From Candidatus Alectryobacillus sp. (GTDB lineage: Bacteria > Bacillota_I > Bacilli_A > RFN20 > CAG-826): DNA of 64,000 nucleotides. The stretch spans positions 103,735-167,734 of the forward strand of contig DAINNH010000001.1 of assembly GCA_036735985.1 (NCBI GenBank), in the 5' to 3' direction. Within the stretch, counting starts at the first letter, position 1. Every line of letters begins with the position of its first letter. This document shows, in pieces, positions 40,256 to 48,496 of this stretch. The position numbers were made by a program, and so were the translations under genes. The notes under the pieces are model-generated. The model was not told the origin of the DNA, did no database searches, and saw only the letters and a program-made list of their open reading frames with translations.

Positions 40256-41260
40256 ATGTTTGAAAATTTATTTAAGAAAAAACAAGATCCAAATTTGGCC
40301 ACCTATCCTGATTTTACTAAACCAGGTGTCCTTCCTTGTGACGACATTGTAATTACGATTAAAGAAGGTCGAGCTTCTGTTAAGAAACTGCTTGTAAATC
40401 AAAAAATAATGCATGTTCTGTCGACTATTTTACTCTATGTAATTATTGTGGCCTTAGCTTTATTAGTCGTTTTCCCATTCTACTGGATGATTATTACTTC
40501 GTTAAAAACTAACGAAGAAATTATGGCGGGTGACCAAACGTTCTTCCCACGTATCGTTATGTGGACCAACTACGTTTATGTCTTCCAAGTCTTCGATTTT
40601 AAGACTTACATGTGGAATACTATTGTCGTTGCTATTTTCTCGACTTTAGGTACTCTTATCACAACTATCTTCTCCGCTTTTGCTTTCGCTCGTTTAAACT
40701 TTAAGGGCCGTGATCAATTATTTATGGTCTTCTTAATGACAATGATGATTCCAGGCGAAATGATGGTTATTTCTAACTATATTACTGTTGCAAGTTTTGG
40801 CTGGATTGGCAATGATCAAACCTTGATGGATGCTTATTTATCAATGATTGTTCCTTTCTGGGTTAGTGTTTTCTATATTTATTTACTCCGTCAAAACTTT
40901 AAACAAATTCCAAATGAATTATATTTAGCGAGTAAAGTTGATGGCAAATCCGATTGGAATTATCTCTGGAAAGTCATGGTTCCACTTGCTTCTCCAACTC
41001 TTATCTCAATTACTATTTTAAAGTTCATGGGTACTTGGAACTCCTATGTGTGGCCAAACCTTGTCACCCAATATCCGGAATATCGTCTTATTTCCAATGG
41101 TCTTCGTGGCAGTGCCTTCCAAGATCTTGAAGCCGGTGTCGTTTTCCAAGGTTATAAGATGGCGGCAACTGTTATTGTTACTGTTCCACTCTTCCTTCTC
41201 TTCGTTTTCTTTAGAAAATATATTATGAGAGGTGTTGGCAGAGCCGGAATAAAAGGTTAA
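40256..41260 (+). CDS. ABC transporter permease (MalG/UgpE-like)
   Basis: EAA loop IPNELYLASKVDGKSDWNYLWKVMVPLASP. GGAGG ends at 40248, so the ATG at 40256 is preferred over 40250. Confidence 0.88.
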   Translation: MFENLFKKKQDPNLATYPDFTKPGVLPCDDIVITIKEGRASVKKLLVNQKIMHVLSTILLYVIIVALALLVVFPFYWMIITSLKTNEEIMAGDQTFFPRIVMWTNYVYVFQVFDFKTYMWNTIVVAIFSTLGTLITTIFSAFAFARLNFKGRDQLFMVFLMTMMIPGEMMVISNYITVASFGWIGNDQTLMDAYLSMIVPFWVSVFYIYLLRQNFKQIPNELYLASKVDGKSDWNYLWKVMVPLASPTLISITILKFMGTWNSYVWPNLVTQYPEYRLISNGLRGSAFQDLEAGVVFQGYKMAATVIVTVPLFLLFVFFRKYIMRGVGRAGIKG

Positions 41261-41357
41261 AATATATATAGTCTTATTAGTTATTTTAGTTATTATTGCT
41301 TTAATAAAGCAATGTAATAGTCAAGATTGAATTTTTAAATGGAGGAAATTTAAAAAA

Positions 41358-42902
41358 ATGAAATCAAGAAAATATTTATCCCTTCTTGCAGTTCCAATGG
41401 TTTTGGGACTACTTACAGCATGTGGAGAGACAACATCAACTTCAAAAGAACAAACAACTACAAGTCAAACTCCTACAACAACTGAAACCTCTACCGAAGA
41501 GACCTATGTTCCAAAGGTAAAGACAGCTACTACTATTTATTTCTGGAATACTTTAGGTGAACAATTTACTTCAACCATCAATGGTTTTATTGAAGGTTTT
41601 AAGAAACTTGAAACAAATGTCACTGTTGAAGTCGTTAAACAAACTGGTTCTTATAATGATTTAAAAACCAAAGTCGTTAATGGTTTCTCTGTTGATAACT
41701 ATCCAGATTTAGTCCAATGTTATCCAGATCACGTTGCTGAATATATCGACTACGAAAAGGCTCTTAACTTACAACCTTTCATTGATAATGCTGATTATGG
41801 TTGGACAGCCGAAGATAAAGCAGACCTCATTCCTGCTTATTTAGCCGAAGGCCGTGGTTTTGCTAAAGAAGGTACATACGTTGTTCCTTTCCAAAAATCA
41901 ACTGAAGCTATGTTCTATAATGAAGACATTCTTCTTAATACAACTATTGCTCAAGGTATCGTTACCGCTTATGCTTCTTTAGGCAAGGGTGATACATTAA
42001 ATAATGGTAATCCAATTAGTGCTTCATACTTATCTAACCTTACTTGGGAAGAATTATTCAATAAACTTTGCCCAGCTATTGAAGCTTATAACGCCTCTTT
42101 ACCAGAAGCTGAAAAGATTTTAAAGACTGGTGAAGCTTACCATTCAATCTTCGCTTATGATAGTGATGATAACTTATTCATTACCTTAGCTCAACAATAT
42201 GGTTATGGCTATACTTCTGTTGATAAAGTTACTGGTAAAGGTAAAGCTGATTTCAATAATGCTGAAATGAAAGGTCTTGCTGCTACATTTAATGCTGCTG
42301 CTAAGAAAGGTTATATCATTTCGAAAGGTTCAGCTGGCAATAACTATACGAATACTTATTTCACAAAGCAAAATACTTTATTCTCTGTTGGTTCAACTGG
42401 TGGTGTCAGCTATCAATTTAGTAAAGATAACCCAATGAACGTTGGTGTTTCAATTATTCCACACGCTGAAGGCAAAGAAAAAGCTGTTATTTCACAAGGT
42501 CCTGGCTTAACAATGCTTGATCATAATGATGAAAACAGAGCTCTTGCTTCTTGGTTATTCTACAAATACATGGTTAATAAAGAAAATTCATTAACATGGA
42601 TGCTTAACTCTGGCTATCAAGGCATTCGTTTATCGAACTTCACTTCTGAAGAATATCTTGATAAGTGTGATATTTCTTCCAAAGATCCAAAGAGTGCTGA
42701 AAGATTATATGCGAAAGCCTCAACCTATGTTCCAACAACAAGTAATTATTTATTCACATCACCTGTTTTCGTTGGAAGTTCTACTTGCCGTACAGTCGTT
42801 GGCGGTCTTATGACAAAGATCTTAACTCCAACAAACGATATCAAAGATGTCGATACTTGGTTCCAAGATGCTTACGATACAGCCAATATTGCTATTAAGT
42901 AG
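41358..42902 (+). CDS. family-1 (CUT1-type) extracellular solute-binding lipoprotein, paralog 1
   Basis: Lipobox LLTAC followed by a Thr/Ser-rich linker. IYFWNTLGEQ...YPDLVQCYPDHVAEY...VVPFQKSTEAMFYN. Confidence 0.82.
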   Translation: MKSRKYLSLLAVPMVLGLLTACGETTSTSKEQTTTSQTPTTTETSTEETYVPKVKTATTIYFWNTLGEQFTSTINGFIEGFKKLETNVTVEVVKQTGSYNDLKTKVVNGFSVDNYPDLVQCYPDHVAEYIDYEKALNLQPFIDNADYGWTAEDKADLIPAYLAEGRGFAKEGTYVVPFQKSTEAMFYNEDILLNTTIAQGIVTAYASLGKGDTLNNGNPISASYLSNLTWEELFNKLCPAIEAYNASLPEAEKILKTGEAYHSIFAYDSDDNLFITLAQQYGYGYTSVDKVTGKGKADFNNAEMKGLAATFNAAAKKGYIISKGSAGNNYTNTYFTKQNTLFSVGSTGGVSYQFSKDNPMNVGVSIIPHAEGKEKAVISQGPGLTMLDHNDENRALASWLFYKYMVNKENSLTWMLNSGYQGIRLSNFTSEEYLDKCDISSKDPKSAERLYAKASTYVPTTSNYLFTSPVFVGSSTCRTVVGGLMTKILTPTNDIKDVDTWFQDAYDTANIAIK

Positions 42903-42927
42903 TTTGTAGTTTTCTATAATTAAAATG

Positions 42928-42983
42928 GTAGAGGAATCTTTTAAAAGGTTCCTCTACTTGTCGCCTTTAAGGCTTTTTCTTTA
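42928..42983 (+). terminator. strong hairpin / probable terminator after the first binding-protein gene
   Basis: GTAGAGGAATCTT...AAGGTTCCTCTAC is a ~13-bp stem. A small GCCT..AGGC hairpin and TTTTTCTTT follow. Confidence 0.6.
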
Positions 42984-43051
42984 AACGATTTAATATGATT
43001 TTTGATTATAATTGAAAATTCTATCGAAAATATCGTAGAATTTTGACTTAT

Positions 43052-43067
43052 GGTTTAAGCTTAAACC
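43052..43067. promoter_or_regulatory. perfect 16-bp palindrome GGTTTAAGCTTAAACC upstream of second binding-protein gene
   Basis: It is exactly self-complementary. It lies 46 nt before the ATG at 43113 and just after a TTGACT hexamer (43043-43048). Confidence 0.35.
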
Positions 43068-43112
43068 TGTTTAAACTAAACTATCTTATATTTTCTAAGG
43101 GGGAAAATTACA

Positions 43113-44579
43113 ATGAAAAGGAAAGGTTTTATTCCGTTTTGTTTGGGATTGATTGGACTTTTAACTTTAACTTCCTGTGGAGAAACCACTTCGAATGGAT
43201 CAAATACATCTAGTGGCGATGCTAGCAAGAATGTTGAAGTCGTTTTTTGGCACACGATGGGGCAAGGATTAGCAGATACTTTAAACAAAAAGATCGAGGA
43301 ATTTCAAACGCTCGTTAAAAAAAATGAGGGTGTCAATGTCACTGTTAAGGCCATTTATCAAAGTGGTTATGATACAATTTTGTTAAAAATTGCGAATGGT
43401 TATAGTGTTGGCAACACACCAACTTTAGCAGTTGCTTATCCAGATCACGTGGCTGAGTATTTAAATTATGGTGGCGAGAAAGGTGATTTTGTTGTTAATC
43501 TTGATAAATATATTAATAATGAAAAATATACTTTTGGCACCGATGCATATTATGGCGATAATATTAAAGGAACATCTGATTTTATTCAATCCTTTTATAC
43601 TGAAGGCCAAAACTACGCAAAGAGTGGTACTTATTCTTTACCATTCCAAAAATCCACGGAATTAATGTTTTATAACAAAAATATTGTTGAAAAAAAATTA
43701 GCGCCAAAATTTAAAAAAGAAAGTGAAACCGTAAGTGAATTCCTAAATACATTAACTTGGGATGAATTTATGGCGATGAATGCAGAAGTGGCAGCGGATA
43801 TTAAGGGGACGGATCATGTTTATGGTAATTCCTTAAAAGTTCCAGCCGTTTATGATAGTGATGGAAACTTATTTATTACCCAACTTTATCAACGTAATAT
43901 CCCATATCTTGGATATGAAAATGGTAAAGGCAAGGTTTTATTCAATAACGAACAAGCTAAAACTTTTATCAGTGAATTAAAGACTCAATATGATAATGGT
44001 GAAATTTGGACAAAAGGTTCAAATGGTGGCAAATATGGTAGTGATACCTTTAAAAATGTTGAAACCTTATTCTCTATTGGATCTTCCGGTGGCTCAGGCT
44101 ATCAAGATAGCGATTCTTTCCCAGTCGGTGTATGTCCAGTTCCAGCCTATAGCCGTGAACGTGCGAAATACGTTACCCAAGGTATTACTTTAGCTTTATT
44201 TAATAATTTAGGTTTTAGTACTGAAAAGAATGAATTAGCCACTCTTTATGGTTGGAAATTTATGAAATACTTAACTTCAACAACCTGTAATGTCGATATG
44301 ATCTTTGGCTCACAAGGTTATGTTCCAGTTCGTACTTCGGCTTTTGAATCACCAGATTATCAAGAATATCTTGTAAATGAAGGCGAAGATTTAGCCCCAG
44401 CCGGTGCTAAAGTTGTTTACGAAGTTATTAAAGATAACTATATTAATACTCCAGTCTTCAAAGGCTCAGCGGTTGCTCGTAAGCAAGTTGAAGGTATTGT
44501 TACCCAAGTCTTAAATGGTAGTAAAACAGTCGAAAAAGCCTTTGCTGATGCCTATAATGAAGTATTAATTAGCATGTAA
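43113..44579 (+). CDS. family-1 (CUT1-type) extracellular solute-binding lipoprotein, paralog 2
   Basis: Lipobox LTSC followed by a Ser/Thr linker. VVFWHTMGQG...AVAYPDHVAEY...SLPFQKSTELMFYN is clearly paralogous to 41358-42902. Confidence 0.82.
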   Translation: MKRKGFIPFCLGLIGLLTLTSCGETTSNGSNTSSGDASKNVEVVFWHTMGQGLADTLNKKIEEFQTLVKKNEGVNVTVKAIYQSGYDTILLKIANGYSVGNTPTLAVAYPDHVAEYLNYGGEKGDFVVNLDKYINNEKYTFGTDAYYGDNIKGTSDFIQSFYTEGQNYAKSGTYSLPFQKSTELMFYNKNIVEKKLAPKFKKESETVSEFLNTLTWDEFMAMNAEVAADIKGTDHVYGNSLKVPAVYDSDGNLFITQLYQRNIPYLGYENGKGKVLFNNEQAKTFISELKTQYDNGEIWTKGSNGGKYGSDTFKNVETLFSIGSSGGSGYQDSDSFPVGVCPVPAYSRERAKYVTQGITLALFNNLGFSTEKNELATLYGWKFMKYLTSTTCNVDMIFGSQGYVPVRTSAFESPDYQEYLVNEGEDLAPAGAKVVYEVIKDNYINTPVFKGSAVARKQVEGIVTQVLNGSKTVEKAFADAYNEVLISM

Positions 44580-44591
44580 AGAGGTAAATTT

Positions 44592-46148
44592 ATGAAATTA
44601 TCAAAATATTTATTTGTCGTTGTTGCTGCTTTAACTTTTGGAGTGTTAACTTCTTGTAGTAAAACCACTTCAAGTACTGAGACAACTACAACTACAACTA
44701 CATCGAACGATACTGTAGAAACATCTCTTCCAACATGGGTTGATTATGTAAATGACCCAAAAATTCGTTTAGGTGTTGATTATCATAAAGAGGGTTCAGC
44801 CACTGAATCTCGTGATTTTACAGTGGATGGTATCGCTCAAGTTGGTCTTCATATGTGTATTGATGGTGATACGGCGCATTTTACTAACCCATATAATACT
44901 GTTAATGTTAACGGCAATCTATCAAATATTGTTAAAATTCGTTTTTATGGTATTGATACTCCTGAATCAACCGGAAAAATTCAACCTTATGGTAAACAAG
45001 CCTCAGATTATACAAAATCAATCTTAAAAAATGCCGCTAATAACGGAACTATTGTTATTACTGGTACTAATTTTGCATCATATAAGGTTCCAACTTTTGA
45101 TTCGACTGGTACTCGTTATCTTGGTCTTGTTTGGGTTAATGAAACTGTTAAAAATGCGGCTTATAATGATTTAAAATTATTAAATTTACAAATTGTTGAA
45201 TATGGTTATTCCTGGGTTAAATCAACAAGTGATATTCCAGAATTAAGCAGTACTTTTGTTTTAGCTGAAACACAGGCTGAAACTTATAAATTAAAACTTC
45301 ATAGTGGTGAAAAAGATCCTTACTTCAATTATGAAGGTGCCCAAGAAGTTGAAATTTTAAAAATTAAAGAAGCGGTTGTGGATACAATGACTACCGGAGC
45401 AGAGAATGCTTTTAATGGGGCAAATATCAAAGTCTATGGTGTTATTGTTGGCTATGCTAATAATACGTTATATATTCAAAAATATTATTCAGAAGCTAAA
45501 GGCAGTTTAATTAGTGGTGGCGAATATGCTTCGCTTAATATCTTTACTGGTATGTCCACAATTCCTTCTAAATTTCAAAAAATAGGTAATTTACTTTGTC
45601 TTGTTGGCACATTTGAATATACCGAGAACTTTGGTATGCAAGTAAGTGGTGTTGCGATGCCTACTAAACCAGTGGGTGAATCTGATTCCTATATTGTAAC
45701 GGATCAGGCTGAAATTACGGCTCATTTTGAGAAAACGGAACCATACGTTTTTGAAGATACTATGGATAATTTCTCTTCAACAGTTCCATACAATGGAACT
45801 CCAGATTTAAAGTATCTTTATTCGCCTATTAAAGTAACTGATGAATTAGTTTGCACTAAAGTTTATAAATCAGCCTCAAGTGGTGATATTTCTTTAACTG
45901 TTTCGCCAGTTGGCACAACAACTAAAGAAAATCTTGAAATCTATATTTCTTATATTTTCTATCCTGATCAAGAAAATCATCCGGCCCTTCAATGGAAAGA
46001 TGAATCTAATTTCTTAAATCAAACATTTAGAGTTTCTGGTATTTTCAACTGTCGTTATGATTCCGGCACTTCAAAATATTACTACTCTATTACCTGTCGT
46101 CCAAGTCTCACTCCAGAAGATTTAATTTGTACAAGTTACGCTGGATAA
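44592..46148 (+). CDS. staphylococcal-nuclease (SNase/thermonuclease) family lipoprotein with C-terminal beta-rich (OB-like?) extension
   Basis: Lipobox LTSC plus a poly-Thr linker. SNase core CIDGDTAHF...IRFYGIDTPES...QPYGKQASDYTK...GTRYLGLVWV...LQIVEYGYSWV, with the Ca/catalytic positions conserved. Confidence 0.82.
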   Translation: MKLSKYLFVVVAALTFGVLTSCSKTTSSTETTTTTTTSNDTVETSLPTWVDYVNDPKIRLGVDYHKEGSATESRDFTVDGIAQVGLHMCIDGDTAHFTNPYNTVNVNGNLSNIVKIRFYGIDTPESTGKIQPYGKQASDYTKSILKNAANNGTIVITGTNFASYKVPTFDSTGTRYLGLVWVNETVKNAAYNDLKLLNLQIVEYGYSWVKSTSDIPELSSTFVLAETQAETYKLKLHSGEKDPYFNYEGAQEVEILKIKEAVVDTMTTGAENAFNGANIKVYGVIVGYANNTLYIQKYYSEAKGSLISGGEYASLNIFTGMSTIPSKFQKIGNLLCLVGTFEYTENFGMQVSGVAMPTKPVGESDSYIVTDQAEITAHFEKTEPYVFEDTMDNFSSTVPYNGTPDLKYLYSPIKVTDELVCTKVYKSASSGDISLTVSPVGTTTKENLEIYISYIFYPDQENHPALQWKDESNFLNQTFRVSGIFNCRYDSGTSKYYYSITCRPSLTPEDLICTSYAG

Positions 46149-46150
46149 TT

Positions 46151-47392
46151 ATGATGTTAAAAATTAAGAAGGTTTTGCCGTTATTTTTGCTAACAACATT
46201 GCTTTTTTCGTGTGATGTAAATAATAGCGGATCTTCCACCAATGAGACAAGTGATACAAATGCAACTAGCGAAACATCAACTAATGCGACAAGTAGTGCG
46301 AATAGTACTTTGGTCATAAGTGAGAACGAACCTTTTATTTCAGAATTGTTTATTGGCGAAAAATATACTTTATCTTGTATTGAAATAGGAAATTCGACAA
46401 ATGCGTCAATTAGTTTATCTAATTACTCTTTGGCTATCTTTAAATACAGTGATTTATCGATTGAATATAAATTTAGTGATTCTCTTAATGCCAACGGAAC
46501 AATTATTTTAGCAAATAATGCATTGGCGGCGAGTAATTCTAATTATATTGATTTAGGGGCGAATTATATTACTGGGAGCAACTATATTGAGCTTCGTAAA
46601 AATGGCGTTTGCATTGATGCTATTGGCAATAAGGGGTTAAATACCTTTTATCAAACTAATGGTTCAATGATTCGCTTTAAGGAGTATTTTAAATCTTATA
46701 ACAAATATGATCCATTACATTTCTTTCATGTTCGTGGTGGCGTAAGTAAATATTTGGGTAATCTTGATGTTTTAATGAGTGTTACTGAGTATGAAAAGGG
46801 ACCAACTTTATCCTCGTATTATTCGGATAAAGTCTATGGCAGTTCAAGTGTTGTTCCACAAGGTGGCTATCTTAAAGCAACAATTAAGTCACTTGGAGAT
46901 GGAGATACTACTCGTTTTTATTTCCCAGATGGTGATTCGAGTGTAAATAGTTTATCTGCCGTTCGATATTTGTTTATTAATTGTCCAGAAATTTTGCACC
47001 CGGGTGTTGAAGGCTCACGCGATCAGCCATGGGGACAACCTGCTAAAACTTTTAATAATAACAAGCTTAGTAATGCTACAAGCATTCTTGTTCAATCAAA
47101 TAGTGGTTATTCATTAACTGAAACTTATGATCGTATGTTGGGATATGTTTGGTATAGTGATGTTAGCAATCCTAGTTTAAGTGACTATCATTTATTGAAT
47201 TATGAAATGGTTTTAAATGGTTATGCTAACGTTTCGATTGATTCAAAATATGATACAATGTATGGAGTAGGCGACGTTTTATATTACGATTATGTTATGT
47301 ATGCTTACTACAAAGCATTTAATGCTCACATCGGTGTTTGGGGTGAAACAGATCCAACTTACGATTACAGTAATTCGATATATATTGGATAA
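46151..47392 (+). CDS. lipoprotein with LTD-like domain plus SNase-family nuclease domain
   Basis: Lipobox LFSC. The LTD-like segment is ISELFIGEKYTLSCIEIGNSTNASISLSNYSL...ANGTIILAN. The SNase core is GDGDTTRFYF...VRYLFINCPE...QPWGQPAKTF...YDRMLGYVWY...NYEMVLNGYANV. The ATG at 46151 is preferred over the TTG at 46127. Confidence 0.75.
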   Translation: MMLKIKKVLPLFLLTTLLFSCDVNNSGSSTNETSDTNATSETSTNATSSANSTLVISENEPFISELFIGEKYTLSCIEIGNSTNASISLSNYSLAIFKYSDLSIEYKFSDSLNANGTIILANNALAASNSNYIDLGANYITGSNYIELRKNGVCIDAIGNKGLNTFYQTNGSMIRFKEYFKSYNKYDPLHFFHVRGGVSKYLGNLDVLMSVTEYEKGPTLSSYYSDKVYGSSSVVPQGGYLKATIKSLGDGDTTRFYFPDGDSSVNSLSAVRYLFINCPEILHPGVEGSRDQPWGQPAKTFNNNKLSNATSILVQSNSGYSLTETYDRMLGYVWYSDVSNPSLSDYHLLNYEMVLNGYANVSIDSKYDTMYGVGDVLYYDYVMYAYYKAFNAHIGVWGETDPTYDYSNSIYIG

Positions 47393-47404
47393 AAGGAGAA
47401 AAAT

Positions 47405-47875
47405 ATGTTCTGTTCAAATTGTGGCTATGATTTAAAAGAAAGCAAAATTAAATCAATCGAGGCAGAAGCTGCCAAGAAAGATGAATCCATGGAGGGCAAA
47501 AAAGTTTATGTTTGTCCACGTTGTGGAAAAATTATTAGCAATGGTTTTGAGGAAGCGGATTATAAGGCTTTATCTCAAGCTGCTCACGCTGAAGTTCACC
47601 GTGCAAATAATGCCAAAAATGGTGGTCTATGTTCAACCGCTATAGGCTCAATTTTAATCGCCATTTCTATTCTTTTCTTATTCATGTCATTTAAAGCGGC
47701 TAATGCTGGTAAACTCGATCCACATTGTATTGAATTTAGTGTTTTCTGTGTCCTTTGCATAGTTGGCACAGCTTGCTTAGTTGGTGGTTTAATTGTTTTT
47801 TTCATTGGTTTAAGAAGATCGAAAAAATATTCTTTATTAATTACTAATATACAAAACAAAAGTTTTGTGCAATAA
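47405..47875 (+). CDS. zinc-ribbon membrane protein
   Basis: MFCSNCGYDL...VCPRCGKII, then two TM helices. AAGGAG RBS. It starts 12 nt after the nuclease gene. Confidence 0.6.
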   Translation: MFCSNCGYDLKESKIKSIEAEAAKKDESMEGKKVYVCPRCGKIISNGFEEADYKALSQAAHAEVHRANNAKNGGLCSTAIGSILIAISILFLFMSFKAANAGKLDPHCIEFSVFCVLCIVGTACLVGGLIVFFIGLRRSKKYSLLITNIQNKSFVQ

Positions 47876-47914
47876 TATTAGGGCTGGCTGCTTTTTAACT
47901 AAGTAGCTCACCAC

Positions 47915-47990
47915 GGACCCTTAGCTCAGCTGGTAGAGCAACTGACTCTTAATCAGTGGGTCTAGAGTTCGAATCTCTAAGGGTCCACCA
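47915..47990 (+). tRNA. tRNA-Lys (anticodon CUU), CCA encoded
   Basis: Hand-folded cloverleaf. Acceptor GGACCCT/AGGGTCC, D arm GCTC-AGCTGGTA-GAGC, anticodon arm ACTGA-CTCTTAA-TCAGT, T arm TAGAG-TTCGAAT-CTCTA, and a 3' ACCA. Confidence 0.9.
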
Positions 47991-47994
47991 AATT

Positions 47995-48036
47995 AAAAAA
48001 TAAGGTAAGCGAATGCTTACCTTTTTATTTTTTTAT
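47995..48036. terminator. bidirectional terminator after tRNA-Lys / convergent GAF gene
   Basis: AAGGTAAGC-gaat-GCTTACCTT is flanked by an A-run and a T-run. Confidence 0.85.
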
Positions 48037-48046
48037 ATTTCTCAAA

Positions 48047-48496
48047 TTAACAGAATTCGCTTGCTAAAAGAATTTCAAGAATGTCATTTAATAAGCATTC
48101 GTCGTCTTTAGTAAATGCATTAAGTTCGTCGGAATCTATATCTAAAACTCCAATAATAAAAATATCATTGCGCATCGGTAAAACTATTTCACTTTTTACT
48201 GTGTTAGAACAGGAAATATATCCAGCAAATTTTGTAACATCATCGACAATTAATGTTTTTCTTTGACTCATGCATTGCCCACAAACGCCTTTTCCGTTAG
48301 GAATTGTATAGCAAGCCACATCACCTTGAAAAGGTCCTAAATAGAGGCAATCAGAGCCTTTTTCGTATAAATAAAAACCAACCCAGGAAGCTTTGGGCAT
48401 GATTGATTTAATATAAGCAGTAGTGTTGGCTAATTTTGATAAATAATTATCTTGTCCACTAATTAAGTCTTTATAAGCCAATATTTTATCGTTCAT
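48047..48496 (-). CDS. msrC: GAF-domain free methionine-(R)-sulfoxide reductase (YebR/MsrC-like)
   Basis: WVGFYLYE...LYLGPFQGDVACYTIPNGKGVCGQC...SEIVLPM...IGVLDIDS aligns along its whole length with E. coli YebR as I remember it. Confidence 0.8.
   Translation of the reverse strand: MNDKILAYKDLISGQDNYLSKLANTTAYIKSIMPKASWVGFYLYEKGSDCLYLGPFQGDVACYTIPNGKGVCGQCMSQRKTLIVDDVTKFAGYISCSNTVKSEIVLPMRNDIFIIGVLDIDSDELNAFTKDDECLLNDILEILLASEFC

Noticed and set aside
44683-44703. ACAACT x3 microsatellite (poly-Thr linker), and A7-A8 runs inside the island genes (39157-39163, 43317-43324, 43690-43697), considered as possible phase-variation switches.
   Set aside because: The repeats are short. The hexamer repeat is in-frame, so it changes only linker length. 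A7-A8 runs are common in this AT-rich sequence. There is no evidence of a contingency locus from a single sequence.
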